64,000 nucleotides of DNA from a virus: the IMG/VR virus record IMGVR_UViG_3300020048_000040, positions 1-64,000 of that record; one strand, given 5' to 3'. Within the stretch, counting starts at the first letter, position 1, and each line of letters begins with the position of its first letter. Shown here in pieces: positions 18,357 through 29,300 of this stretch. A program made the position numbers and the translations under genes. The notes beneath the pieces are model-generated. The model saw nothing but the letters and a program-made list of their open reading frames with translations, was not told where the DNA came from and searched no databases.

Positions 18357-18560
18357 TTATTCAAATCCTTCTATTAAAGCTCTTTTAATTCCACATCCGC
18401 TATTATATATAATTTTTAATCTTTCTTCACCTATACTTTTTAAATCATCTTCGCTCCACCCATCCAAACTATTGGTATATTCTGTTAATATTTTATACCA
18501 TTCCTCATAAGAGGAATTTTTATTTGTTGGATTTATTTTATCCAGATCTTTTGCTTTCAC
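18357..18560 (-). CDS. Hypothetical protein
   Basis: 67 aa, GTGA overlap with the dut stop. Confidence 0.6.
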   Translation of the reverse strand: MKAKDLDKINPTNKNSSYEEWYKILTEYTNSLDGWSEDDLKSIGEERLKIIYNSGCGIKRALIEGFE

Positions 18561-19045
18561 TTCTTATCACCGATACTTCCAGAACTTCCAAAACCTTTAC
18601 TCCCTCTTTCTGTATCAGAAACTTCTCCTAGTACTATACGATCAACAAACGGAACTTTATGTAAAATCATTTGAGCAATCTTATCATGTTTATTTATTAT
18701 GATAGGAACATTAGAAGTGTTATAAATAATAACACCTATATCTCCCCGATAGGTTTCGTCTATAATTCCAGCCATAGTTCTGGTTCCTTTTTTATAAGCA
18801 TTACCAGAGGTATCCTCAACTTTAAAATAATATTTATACTTTATATCGAATAACCAATAAAAGAATTTTTGAAATGGGTTTAGTTCTTCATCTACCTGAA
18901 CAGCTATATTTGTTTTTACAAGATATCTTTCTTTGACTGGTATGATTGCTTCTTCTGCTGAATATAAATCCATACCGGCGTCTGAGGTATGATTGAACTT
19001 TGGAATGGTTGCATGTTCGCTTAACATCTTTACTATTATTTTCAT
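18557..19045 (-). CDS. dut: Trimeric dUTPase
   Basis: AGMDL, GIIDETYRG, IAQMI, RGSKGFGSSG motifs. Confidence 0.92.
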   Translation of the reverse strand: MKIIVKMLSEHATIPKFNHTSDAGMDLYSAEEAIIPVKERYLVKTNIAVQVDEELNPFQKFFYWLFDIKYKYYFKVEDTSGNAYKKGTRTMAGIIDETYRGDIGVIIYNTSNVPIIINKHDKIAQMILHKVPFVDRIVLGEVSDTERGSKGFGSSGSIGDKK

Positions 19046-19057
19046 TTATTCTCCTTA

Positions 19058-19091
19058 AAATAAAAAATCCTATCTGTTTATAGATAGGATT
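19058..19091 (-). terminator. Intrinsic terminator overlapping the dut promoter -10
   Basis: AATCCTATCT/AGATAGGATT stem followed by a U-tract on the minus strand. Confidence 0.75.
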
Positions 19092-19117
19092 ATATACGAT
19101 TTAAAATCTTTTGTCAA
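19089..19117 (-). promoter_or_regulatory. Consensus sigma70 promoter for dut
   Basis: TTGACA-17 nt-TATAAT. Confidence 0.9.
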
Positions 19118-19124
19118 GAAAGTG

Positions 19125-19937
19125 TTAAGCTACTTTTTTCTTCTTACTATTTGCTTCTAGTTTTAATTTGGCTTGTGCCAATTGTTTTTCTGTTGCTTTT
19201 CTTTTTACTATACTCATTATTTTCTTAAATGCAGCATAGGTTAAACCAGCAGCTACAGCACCAGCAAGAACAGCAGACCAAGGATTAGCTTTAAAGAAAT
19301 CTACACCCTTATCTAAAAATCCTTTTAACGAAGCTGATATATTTCCACCCATTTCTTTTAGTTTTGTTAATATACTTGTTTTAGATATTTCTTTCTTGCC
19401 CATATCATTCATAGCAGCATCTGAAGCATTTTGTCTATCTGCTTTCATTTCTTTTTCTACTTCTTTCTTGCCCATATCATTCATAGTAGAATCTGAAGCA
19501 CTTTGTTTTTCTTTTTCTATTTCTTTCTTGCCCATATCGTTCATAGCTGAATCTGAAGCATCCTGTCTATTTTTTGCTTTATCCCTTGCTCTCTGTTCTT
19601 TAAACATTTTCATTCTTTCATTTTGCGACTCAGGGCTTAAGGGATCATATTTCATTTTATAGTCTTTTAATCCCTTACCCCATTGGTCCTTACTTTTTAT
19701 TATTTTTTCTTTATCATCTATATTTTTTTTCATTCCAAAGAACTGATCGGAAATATTATTCTTTTCTAAAAGTAACTGATTATCGCCAAATACAACTGAA
19801 TAAATTTCATTTACTTCTGGTCCATATTTTTCCAGATCTTTTAAATATACTTTATATATTTTTTCTGCCTCATTTTCTATCAAATATTCATTACTGGATA
19901 ATTGATTTGTATTATATCTCATTTCATTTAATAACAT
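19125..19937 (-). CDS. Putative internal head/ejection protein (family A) with internal repeats and a TM-like helix
   Basis: MLLNE, LIE, LLE sites. Three ASDxxMNDMGKKE repeats. NPWSAVLAGAVAAGLTYAAFKK helix. Confidence 0.55.
   Translation of the reverse strand: MLLNEMRYNTNQLSSNEYLIENEAEKIYKVYLKDLEKYGPEVNEIYSVVFGDNQLLLEKNNISDQFFGMKKNIDDKEKIIKSKDQWGKGLKDYKMKYDPLSPESQNERMKMFKEQRARDKAKNRQDASDSAMNDMGKKEIEKEKQSASDSTMNDMGKKEVEKEMKADRQNASDAAMNDMGKKEISKTSILTKLKEMGGNISASLKGFLDKGVDFFKANPWSAVLAGAVAAGLTYAAFKKIMSIVKRKATEKQLAQAKLKLEANSKKKKVA
19387..19570 (-). repeat. Three imperfect coding tandem repeats (60-72 nt)
   Basis: TTTCTTCTTG/TTCTTTCTTGCCCATATC...GAATCTGAAGCA-like unit recurs three times. Confidence 0.85.
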
Positions 19938-19940
19938 TTT

Positions 19941-20645
19941 TTACCTCTTTATTTTATTTAAAGCTACAAGCGTTTCTTGTCTTAATTCTTCTTCTGATCC
20001 ACTATATCTCTTCTTATTTAAATGAACAATTATTTTTGATAATATACTGGCAATGATTCCGCCACCAGCCAATTTCATTTTGGTAGAATTTTTTTCTATT
20101 GATTTATCCAAAACAGCACCCAATACTTTTTTTCTAGCTTCTATTGTTTCTGGCATCTCTCTTACTTGTTTTGTAGCTGCCGCTATATCTTCTTTAGAAG
20201 CTCCAAACAATTCACCTACAGCTTGATTTGATTTCACTAAAACATTATCAAACGTAACCATCCCTTCAACGCCATCTTTAACTATAAATCCAAAAATAGT
20301 AGCTAAAGCTAATATAGATATAGCTATAGCAGCTTTGGGAAGTCCTTCTAAAAACTCTCTCTTGGATATAATCTTTAATACTTTCCTATATCCTTCTATA
20401 GCTTCATTATATTTTTTTCTATCTTTAGTTCTTTCTGCTTCCTTGAACTTATTACTTATCAAGGTAAGATTTTTTATCAATTGCTCTTTCTTTCTATCCA
20501 TTAACTCATTAGTAGTATTAATAGATTTTAATCTATTAATATATTTATCTAACTTTTTAGATGTCTTGAAAAACACTAAACCTTCGCTTAGATATTCATC
20601 TTTATCAATTAAATTTGTAATATATTTTAAATCACTAGCAATCAT
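19941..20645 (-). CDS. Putative internal head/ejection protein (family B) with two hydrophobic helices
   Basis: YLSE site, AAIAISILALATIFGFIV and LAGGGIIASIL segments. Confidence 0.5.
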   Translation of the reverse strand: MIASDLKYITNLIDKDEYLSEGLVFFKTSKKLDKYINRLKSINTTNELMDRKKEQLIKNLTLISNKFKEAERTKDRKKYNEAIEGYRKVLKIISKREFLEGLPKAAIAISILALATIFGFIVKDGVEGMVTFDNVLVKSNQAVGELFGASKEDIAAATKQVREMPETIEARKKVLGAVLDKSIEKNSTKMKLAGGGIIASILSKIIVHLNKKRYSGSEEELRQETLVALNKIKR

Positions 20646-20694
20646 TTTTTATACCTTCTTCTTTATATTAGATCGATTTATAAATTTCACTCTA

Positions 20695-21762
20695 TTAAAT
20701 ATTTTTAATGGCTTTTATCCTTTCCTTATCCAGTTCTTCTTGATACATGCGCCTAAGCATTTCTTTTTTTGATACTCGTTCTTTAATTTGTTGTTTATTT
20801 GGTTTTCTATTTGAGGATAAAATAGGCGTTTCCGTAGATGATGTATAGGTTTCTTTCATATTTTCTTTATTCGTACGTTCTTGATACATTTTTCTAAGCA
20901 TTTCTTTTTTTGGCTCTCTCTTTGATTCTCCTTCTGATGTAATATTCAGAAAGCTAACTCCATCTTTTCCATAAATCCTGCTCACACGAAAGAACTTTCC
21001 TGCTATTTCTATAGCAATATCTTTATTAAAGACTCCAGTTATTAAACCTGTCTTTCCTTTTAATTGCGTATCTAATGCCTCTACTTTTAACCCAGCTTGT
21101 ATTTTATCATACTGACTTATTATTCTAAATTTAGGTGTTTCAGTAGATGATGTATGTTTTTCTTCAGTGGTTTTTACTGTTTCAAGTTTCTTCTTTAATT
21201 CTTCTTCCTGTTCAGAGGTAAGTTTTCTTTTTGCCTTTCCAAAAATTTTCTTGGCAACTGCAAAGGTTATACCAGCAGCAGCTACAGCAGCCAAAGCTCC
21301 AGCCCAAGGACTTGTCTTGAAGAAATCCATACCTTGTTTGACAAAACCTTTCAAAGCTTTTGGAATATCTGCACCAAACTTCTTTATTTTATTCCATAGG
21401 GTATTGTCCATTTTTCTCTTTACTTCGCCCATCATATTGAATTGAGTTTTATATTTATCTTTGGTTTTACCAATACCAAAAATTCCTTTACTTCCGGGAA
21501 TTTTCTTGCTATACAAATCAGGATTAGGAGTTTTCCAATCATCAGCAGACCAAGCAGCTTCACTTAACATTTCATTATATTCATAGAAACTTTCTACCAG
21601 TTCTTCACCCAATAAAACTGAATAAAAATCAATAGCTTCTTCGCCATACTTTTTTATATCATTCACATAATTTTCATATATTTTATTATAAGAATCTACG
21701 TTTTTATCTTCCATCTCTATATCAGATAAAGAATATTCTTCCAGTAAATTTTTTAAACTCAT
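20695..21762 (-). CDS. Putative internal head/ejection protein (family A) with KOW-like insert
   Basis: LLEE and LSE sites, SPWAGALAAVAAAGITFAVAKK helix, duplicated TSSTETP and KKEMLR.MYQE. Confidence 0.55.
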   Translation of the reverse strand: MSLKNLLEEYSLSDIEMEDKNVDSYNKIYENYVNDIKKYGEEAIDFYSVLLGEELVESFYEYNEMLSEAAWSADDWKTPNPDLYSKKIPGSKGIFGIGKTKDKYKTQFNMMGEVKRKMDNTLWNKIKKFGADIPKALKGFVKQGMDFFKTSPWAGALAAVAAAGITFAVAKKIFGKAKRKLTSEQEEELKKKLETVKTTEEKHTSSTETPKFRIISQYDKIQAGLKVEALDTQLKGKTGLITGVFNKDIAIEIAGKFFRVSRIYGKDGVSFLNITSEGESKREPKKEMLRKMYQERTNKENMKETYTSSTETPILSSNRKPNKQQIKERVSKKEMLRRMYQEELDKERIKAIKNI

Positions 21763-21779
21763 ATTATTGCTCCTAACCT

Positions 21780-23444
21780 TTATTGGTTTATATTATCTTT
21801 ACCTATTGTAAAAACCTTCATTCCGCAATCGTATATCCTATTAAATCCATTATTTATCATATTTTCTTTTTCTGTTAAGTTTCCATCAAAATTTTCCAAT
21901 AAATCTTTAAGTTTATGTTTTTGATATTTCATTCTATTATATCGTTCTTCATTTTTAACATAATAGTAATTAGGTTTAGATGTCTCTATTTTATTAAATC
22001 CGAGTGTTCTATATATTTCTCCAGTAAAATATCTTATATCACAATAACTAATTATATTAGTTAAATTTATATTCTTGAATAATTTAGAAGCTCCGCCTAT
22101 TATTTTTGTATTCAATTTATTAGCAAACCTAAGTAATTCCCATTCATAGTTTTTATTAAATCTTGATTTACCAAAACTCATTAAACTTACTAATTCATTG
22201 TTATAATAAAGTCCTAGACAAATTGATGAAGGAGTATAACCTTGTATATGGTTATTGTTTAGAAATTCTCGTTCCTCTACTGAAGAGACTTCTTTTATTT
22301 CTGTTTTTCTAGCATAAATAATTTGATCAAATAAATGTAAGCGAGATTTAACAATAGATTTTACTATTTCTTGTTTGAAATTCCATTCATCTTCAAATAT
22401 ATGTATAATATCTATACCTAATTTTTTGAAATAATTTGTTTTATCTAGATGATAGTTATTATCTTTATATAAATCACTATGCCAGTAAATACCATCAAAT
22501 TCTATACCTAAACTATGTGAAGGGATATAAATATCAATTTCGAATATATCTCTATAATTTTCTACTACTTCAATACCAAGAGATTTAACAAACTCTACAA
22601 CTTCTTTTTCTTTATTGGAAAAACCAAACATTAACGGGAAACAGTTTTTACATCTTGGAATATGTCCATTATTTATACCATCTTCAAAAACTAAACCGCA
22701 TTCATTACACTTCCATTTATATTTTTCTTCGTCGCCTTTATATTCCTCTAAATTAAATAAAGGGACAACTAAATTATTGTTTCTGTTTAATAAATTACCA
22801 AACGACCTTTTGCGCCTAGACATTGTTATTTTATTTTTAATATCATCACTTTCAGAAGCGTTTAAATATCCATATTTTTTTAAATTTGTTTGTCTTGCCT
22901 TATGCAGAATTTCTTTATTTTGCAATACGTGCTCTACCCCAAAATTTAAAAGATTACTTATTTTTGATTTACCTCTTATCTCCTCATTACACATAGGGCT
23001 TGGTCCACCATATTTATCTATATTGGTTTGTCTCGCTTTAATTTTTATTTCATTATTTTGTAACGGAGTATTTGTCCCATACCTTCTTAAATTTGTTTGT
23101 CTCATTTTTTCAGAAATATCTTTATTACCAGAAGGGGTTATTGAACCATATTTTTTTAAATTTGTTTGCTTAGTTTTTTCTTTTGTTTCTTTTGCTTGAG
23201 AAGAGTTTTCAACACCATATTTTTTTAAATTTGTTTGTTTCCTTTGACAACTACCACAAAATATCTCGCCTGTCAGTGGTAAAATTATATCGCTTGATTT
23301 TTTTCTACTTTCTTTGTTACACCTATCACATATAAAAATTATAGAATCATGCTTTTTTATATCTTTTATAAAAACACCATCTTTAACATAGATATCAAAA
23401 TTTTTCTCTTCTTTATTTTCTTTTATTATTTTAATTATATTCAT
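21780..23444 (-). CDS. Free-standing Hef-like homing endonuclease (KQTNLKKYG repeats, Zn fingers, PD-(D/E)xK nuclease, GNAT-like C-terminus)
   Basis: About 6 xQTNLxxYG repeats, CxxC pairs, EIDIYIP..LGIEFDGIYWH, HIFEDEW, IYARK, GGASKLF. Confidence 0.85.
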   Translation of the reverse strand: MNIIKIIKENKEEKNFDIYVKDGVFIKDIKKHDSIIFICDRCNKESRKKSSDIILPLTGEIFCGSCQRKQTNLKKYGVENSSQAKETKEKTKQTNLKKYGSITPSGNKDISEKMRQTNLRRYGTNTPLQNNEIKIKARQTNIDKYGGPSPMCNEEIRGKSKISNLLNFGVEHVLQNKEILHKARQTNLKKYGYLNASESDDIKNKITMSRRKRSFGNLLNRNNNLVVPLFNLEEYKGDEEKYKWKCNECGLVFEDGINNGHIPRCKNCFPLMFGFSNKEKEVVEFVKSLGIEVVENYRDIFEIDIYIPSHSLGIEFDGIYWHSDLYKDNNYHLDKTNYFKKLGIDIIHIFEDEWNFKQEIVKSIVKSRLHLFDQIIYARKTEIKEVSSVEEREFLNNNHIQGYTPSSICLGLYYNNELVSLMSFGKSRFNKNYEWELLRFANKLNTKIIGGASKLFKNINLTNIISYCDIRYFTGEIYRTLGFNKIETSKPNYYYVKNEERYNRMKYQKHKLKDLLENFDGNLTEKENMINNGFNRIYDCGMKVFTIGKDNINQ

Positions 23445-23499
23445 AAAAAACACTCTTCCTTTTAAAGAAGAGTGTACCTTTTTTATTTACTTTTGTCAA
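23445..23499 (-). promoter_or_regulatory. Sigma70 promoter with overlapping RBS-sequestering terminator hairpin
   Basis: TTGACA-17-TACACT. ACACTCTTC/GAAGAGTGT stem, then TTTTT and ATG. Confidence 0.8.
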
Positions 23500-23504
23500 G
23501 TTTC

Positions 23505-24722
23505 TTATTCAACGTATAATGTCCATTGGAATGTATACGAATTATCAAAACTTTTGAAGATCGTTGCTATTCTTCTCTTGGCAAGCATAGTACCAAAAAG
23601 CATTTTATTATAATCTTCTACTTGGTTATTTGTATCTACACCAAAAACAGGAACTTTATTAGAAGTAGTTGTTGTATCTACATAATGTCTTGCATCAGAA
23701 AACAATCCAGCTTCTCTTAGATAAAATCCATTATAGGGATAATAATAATTTCCAGAAGATTGATTTGGCATTGTTACTTGGAATGTTATTCTATTTGAAA
23801 CTTCATTAGTAGATAATTCTCTATTTATATAAATATTTGAAGCTGATCCAGAATCAAGTGAACTTCTATCTATATAAACAAATGCTGGATTTCCAACTCC
23901 CTTGTAAGCAGGGTTAAATATATAAACCTGATTCGTTGGATTTGTAGAGAATGGTGTATAAGTTAAACCGACAGTATAATCATTATTTTTTATCGCCCCA
24001 GCTATACCAGTGCTTGTTGGTAAAAAAGTATTTTTTACTTGTGCTACTATTGTAGAGTCTAAAGTGTTTAATGTTCTTGATTTTGCTGATGGTCTTCCGA
24101 TATTTGCATCAGCTGCTGTGCTATAAACATCTGAATATAAATTATTTGTAGCTCCATTTGCTCCATAGGTAGTTGATTTGATATTTGTTTCAGTTCCATC
24201 TCCTTCATAACTTATAAATTTATCCCACCAAGCATTATTCCAAGCTACAGGAATAGAATCTGAGAAATGAAGATTATAACTTGAACCAGTATAATTTAAT
24301 TCTACTCCAGTTCCAAATAACATTTTTGTTGGAAAGTTAGGGATAAAAGCATCATCCCAAGCAGATCCTTTATTTCCTTTCAAATTTTCTATTGATACAT
24401 CTGAAAAATAACCCTTACTTGAAACGACGGTTCCATCAAGATTTGTAGCTGGGGAGTCATTATGTGTAGCGCTTGCAAACGTTGTAGCATTTTTATAATT
24501 TACATTAGTAGCATCTGTAGTATTTATAGCTAAATAAGGTATCCCACCAAAATTTTTCATAAATGCTTGTTTAGCCCAACTAGTAATTACATTGCTTCCA
24601 TTATCTATATGAATAAGTCTTTTATCCTTATCAAAACCAAAGACTTTTAAATTTCCTTTCATATTAAAAAAAAGTTTTTCTTCCTTCTTTTTAATTATAT
24701 TAAATATTTTATCTTTAAGCAT
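23505..24722 (-). CDS. Baseplate / tail-collar fibre attachment protein
   Basis: NGFYLREAGLF...MLAKR...K.....FQWTL C-terminus. Lies downstream of the gpI-like gene. Confidence 0.65.
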   Translation of the reverse strand: MLKDKIFNIIKKKEEKLFFNMKGNLKVFGFDKDKRLIHIDNGSNVITSWAKQAFMKNFGGIPYLAINTTDATNVNYKNATTFASATHNDSPATNLDGTVVSSKGYFSDVSIENLKGNKGSAWDDAFIPNFPTKMLFGTGVELNYTGSSYNLHFSDSIPVAWNNAWWDKFISYEGDGTETNIKSTTYGANGATNNLYSDVYSTAADANIGRPSAKSRTLNTLDSTIVAQVKNTFLPTSTGIAGAIKNNDYTVGLTYTPFSTNPTNQVYIFNPAYKGVGNPAFVYIDRSSLDSGSASNIYINRELSTNEVSNRITFQVTMPNQSSGNYYYPYNGFYLREAGLFSDARHYVDTTTTSNKVPVFGVDTNNQVEDYNKMLFGTMLAKRRIATIFKSFDNSYTFQWTLYVE

Positions 24723-24732
24723 TTATTTCTCC

Positions 24733-26367
24733 TTATACTACTTTATATATAATTATATTATCACTAATGATATAATTATCACTACTTGCATTTATTTCAT
24801 AATAATTTTTATCAAAACTACTATAAAAATTCATTCCAAAATTATCAAGATGTCTAAATTCTAACACTCTTTCTCTATCACTAAACATTGATACAACATC
24901 TGTATCACTCGTATCATATTGTTTTACATAACCATAACCATAATAGTCTATGGTTTTATTGATCATATCGTACCAATATTCACCAAGCCCTGTTTTAGCT
25001 TTGTCTGTCCAACTATCTGGGTCTGTTCCTGTATCATTATAATCTATAAGTTCCATTCCTTTATAATATGTAAGGGTACTTGTTAAACTATCTGTAGCAT
25101 TATTTGATATTCTAAAATTAGTAGTATCCATTACTTCTATCACATAAGTATTATCTGGAATACCTGTTCCTGTAATATAATCTCCAACTTCAACTAAATT
25201 TGATAATGATGTTGTTATTAAATCTGTAAGGTTTTTTGTCGCATTATTTAATGTTAAACCTATATTTTTTAGAAACTTTTCTCCATCTAGCTGATCTGAT
25301 AAAGTTTCGTATTTTTTAATAATAAATATTGGAGCTACGAAACTAAAGAATCCGTCTATTATTTTTTTATCAGTAGGACTCATAGTAAGCTCCCCACTAG
25401 GTAAGGAACTTTTAAATGCTTTTAGTTTTATATTTACAAAATTAGTTTTAAAATAAGAATATTCATTCAATAACGTTTCTAAAGAAATTTTAGTTACATT
25501 TGTATGAGTTTTATCATTCCCTGTGCATTTATAATTAAATAAATATAGATTTGGACAATGTGTTGTAAAATTTTTTTCTGGCAATTTAGGAAAATATATA
25601 TCACCTATATTATATCCATCTCTGGGATCACTCTTAGTTAAATAGAATAAATACTCTTTATTATCTGAACTTCCAGTATTTGAGTTTTTTAAAACATTTA
25701 AATCATAAAATCTTCTATCAAACCAAAATTCTTCTATAGTAGCTTCATATCCTATAAAATTAAAGAATAATTCAACTACGAAGTTTGTTCCTTTTCTATT
25801 ATATATATCAATTAGATTTTTTAAAAAAATTCTAAAAAACTCATCTGTTAAAAATATTTTTTCATTTGCAGTTCTCTCGTATCCTAACAATTGTCCAACA
25901 TAATCGAGATACTTGGCAGGAATTCTATCTATATCATTTATCAAATGCATTTCAGTTATAACTTGTGAGAAATAATCAAATTCACTCATAAAAGCGTTTT
26001 GTAAAAGTTTTACTTGTTCATTATAATCTATTAATTGTTTATCAAATTCTGGAATAAATCGAAACCAATTATCCCTGAAAAAATTCTTTACTGTTCCATA
26101 TTTAAATGTATATAAAATTTGTTCTATTATATCATTTAAATAATTTAAATCTAAAAAATCGAATATTCTTGTTTTGCATTCATATATTAAATAATCAATA
26201 TTAATTTCCTCTACATTTATTATACTGATTAACTGATCATATCTAACTCTTCTTACTTCTTCAATATATAAATAAGAACCCGATTCTTTTAATAAATTAT
26301 TCAACTCTTCATCGTTATTAAGGATTTGATAATAATAATCTGGATCATTTACAGTTCTTTTAAACAT
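24733..26367 (-). CDS. Baseplate wedge protein (P2 gpI / T4 gp7-like)
   Basis: DIDRIPAKYLDYVGQLLG...LKNLIDIYNRKGT motif. Confidence 0.8.
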   Translation of the reverse strand: MFKRTVNDPDYYYQILNNDEELNNLLKESGSYLYIEEVRRVRYDQLISIINVEEINIDYLIYECKTRIFDFLDLNYLNDIIEQILYTFKYGTVKNFFRDNWFRFIPEFDKQLIDYNEQVKLLQNAFMSEFDYFSQVITEMHLINDIDRIPAKYLDYVGQLLGYERTANEKIFLTDEFFRIFLKNLIDIYNRKGTNFVVELFFNFIGYEATIEEFWFDRRFYDLNVLKNSNTGSSDNKEYLFYLTKSDPRDGYNIGDIYFPKLPEKNFTTHCPNLYLFNYKCTGNDKTHTNVTKISLETLLNEYSYFKTNFVNIKLKAFKSSLPSGELTMSPTDKKIIDGFFSFVAPIFIIKKYETLSDQLDGEKFLKNIGLTLNNATKNLTDLITTSLSNLVEVGDYITGTGIPDNTYVIEVMDTTNFRISNNATDSLTSTLTYYKGMELIDYNDTGTDPDSWTDKAKTGLGEYWYDMINKTIDYYGYGYVKQYDTSDTDVVSMFSDRERVLEFRHLDNFGMNFYSSFDKNYYEINASSDNYIISDNIIIYKVV

Positions 26368-29300
26368 TAGTATATCCTAACATTATTCCTCTTGTTCTTA
26401 TACTATTTACTGATATATCATCTCCTAAAACTAAGGCCTCGTTAAAATCAGCCGAAACTCCACCAATAGAAGAGGTTATTTGATTTGTTCCTGATATTGT
26501 TGCGTTTTCTCCTATATATGTTAGATTAACATATTTTACACCTTCAATAGAATAAATTATACTCTCAACATAAGAGCGCAGCATAGGTTCTCCAAAATTC
26601 AATTTGCCTAATTTTAATTCTTCCCTCAATTTATTTTCTATAAGCGATGTGGCTACATTTTTAGTTATAGACTTTTTCAATGTAACCTCTCCAACTATAT
26701 CAATTGGTATTACTTTTGGTTTCATAAAAATATTCTGCATTCCGACTATTTTATATTTATTTAAATAATCTCTAAAATATTCTTCATCAGTATATTCTTC
26801 CGCCCCTGTTTTGTCATTAACAAAATGTAAATAAATATTTCCATCTGGCGCTCTTGATATATCCGTAGCGCCACTATGGTTTTTTATTACTTTAATAGTT
26901 CTATTTTCGTTTCCATCCATTATACCATTTTCAATATAATAATCTCCAGTGTTATATAAAGAAAGACAATGTTCTTCTTCAACAATAGTAGATGTAAATT
27001 GCCCAGCATCAATCAATTCTAATAATAAATTATTTTCTGATAAATTATTTTGTTTAGGCACTCCGAACTCATCAAAACCAAAGAAATTTATAAAAGAACC
27101 AGAAGAACAATCAAAATTTCTTACACCTAATTTTGCATTACTACCATTTACATATAAATAAAATGGTAAATAATCTTGAAATAATATATAGTTTTCATCA
27201 TTACTATATGTAGCTATTTCTGTAGCCACTGTATCATTTAATATTTCAACTAACTCACTTATTAATAAACTATCAATAAATTCGGCATTACTTGTGGAAT
27301 TTATTGTGATATCTATAAATGCAGTTCCAAGTATAGAAATGGTCATTTGTATATATTTTGAAGTTACTGATACTGTATCATCATTAGCAAATTCTATTCC
27401 TAATACAGATCCTTTTTGAGTATAATCAAAAGGAAGACTAACTATATTTTCAAATAATTCATCATCAACTAAACTATCTGTTATTTTAATATTTAAAGAT
27501 GAAAGTTCATGTGAATATTTTTTCTCATCATTAACAATATCTCCTATAAAATAGCTTCCTTCCATTTTATATAAATCAGGAATCTCTACTTCCCAACTAT
27601 CATCTAATACATAATTAAACCTTAATTGTTTTTTTCTAGCATATGGTGTTCCATTTTCAATAATAATGTTTCCAAAATTTGATAACGCTTGATTCATTAT
27701 TATAGTAGCACTAATCAAACCAACAGAAGTCCACTCACTTTTTTCTCCAAATGTATATCCAAATATATTAGCAAAACAATCATTTGCACTTGATTCTTTA
27801 AAACTAATACTAGAATCAATTCCGCTTTTTGGAGATGTTATGGTTAGAAAGTTATTAACTAATTCTATTGATAATTTATTTGCTAAATTTCCATCCCATT
27901 TATAACTTATTGTTGAATCGTCGGATGATATAACATCTGGAGCATTTTGAGTAAACATCGTAAAAAGAGAATTGGTAGCTGTAAGATATTCTTCGGTTAT
28001 TTCTAAAAGATCACCATCAATAGTCATAAACCTCAATCTATTACCATCTACTATAAAAGCTCTTAATCCAGCATTTTTAAACGGAGAGTCATACCCTGAA
28101 GAAACAATATCATTTACATATCTATCTTCATTATTTATTAATCTTAAAAAATTACCTATAGTTACTTTTCCATCATCATTCTCATCATCATTTGCAAACT
28201 TAAAAGATATTGTGGCATCTACGCCACCCTTTTTATAGGTAAAGAAATGATCTTCCGTACTATCTATGACGTTACCATTATTACTTCCAGTCCAAAGCGT
28301 TTCAGTATCGGCATCTATTGGATTTTCAAAAATCAAATCACAATAACTTATTGGAACATCATCTAACCCTGTGTATCCAACTGATGGATAATTGTAGTAA
28401 GTATATCCTGTTCTGTAAGATGCTTGTGATAATTCCTCAATATATAGACTTGGAAGCATAGGTTCATTTATAGAAGCTTTTATAGCAGTCACTATTGCTG
28501 CTGGAGTTTTTGCTGGATTAAGAACTAAATCTATTTCTTTGTATCCTCTTCCATCGATAGATAATTTTATATTATATTTAGTAGATAAGTCAAAACTTGC
28601 TGAATTATATCTACTCTTAAACTCAGCTTTTACATCTCTTGTTTTTCTGAATTCAGTACCATCTGCAAAATCTTCCAATGAAGTGTTATTATTTAAAAAA
28701 TCAAAATTAAAATCAAAATTTAAAGCATAATCAGTAACACCAGTATCTGTATATTCTGTTATTAAAGATACCCTTGTTTCAGCAACATCAGCTTCTCTTA
28801 TTTTTAATTTAAAAGATCCGTTTACAACGATATCTGTTCCACTAGTATCTAATACTTTATTTACAAAACTTGATCCAATATTTATTATAGAATAATTTGT
28901 AAAAGTTGCTATATTTGTCTGTGGTAAAGGGTCCAAATCAACTTGTGGAAAAAATTCTACATCTATTAACGGATTTTCCAATGGTTCACCAATATATCTA
29001 AGATCATTCAATTTACCGTTTCGATATACTGCTGGATAATTTATATATTCTTCTTTATCTTTTACAAAGAATTCAAAACCTTGGTAATCATATGTTTTTT
29101 GATTTATAATTGTATCTCTATTGGCTATTATATAATGCCAAACCTCAAATGGTTTTATTAATGTTTTATATTTTGTTAATAATAAATCCGAATCTAACCC
29201 AGAATCTGCTCCATATGATTTTGAGATAAGCGTTGTATTATTTTTACTTAATACAATATCGTAATCTTCTGTTGTAACAGTTCTGTCAGCTGTTTTTATT

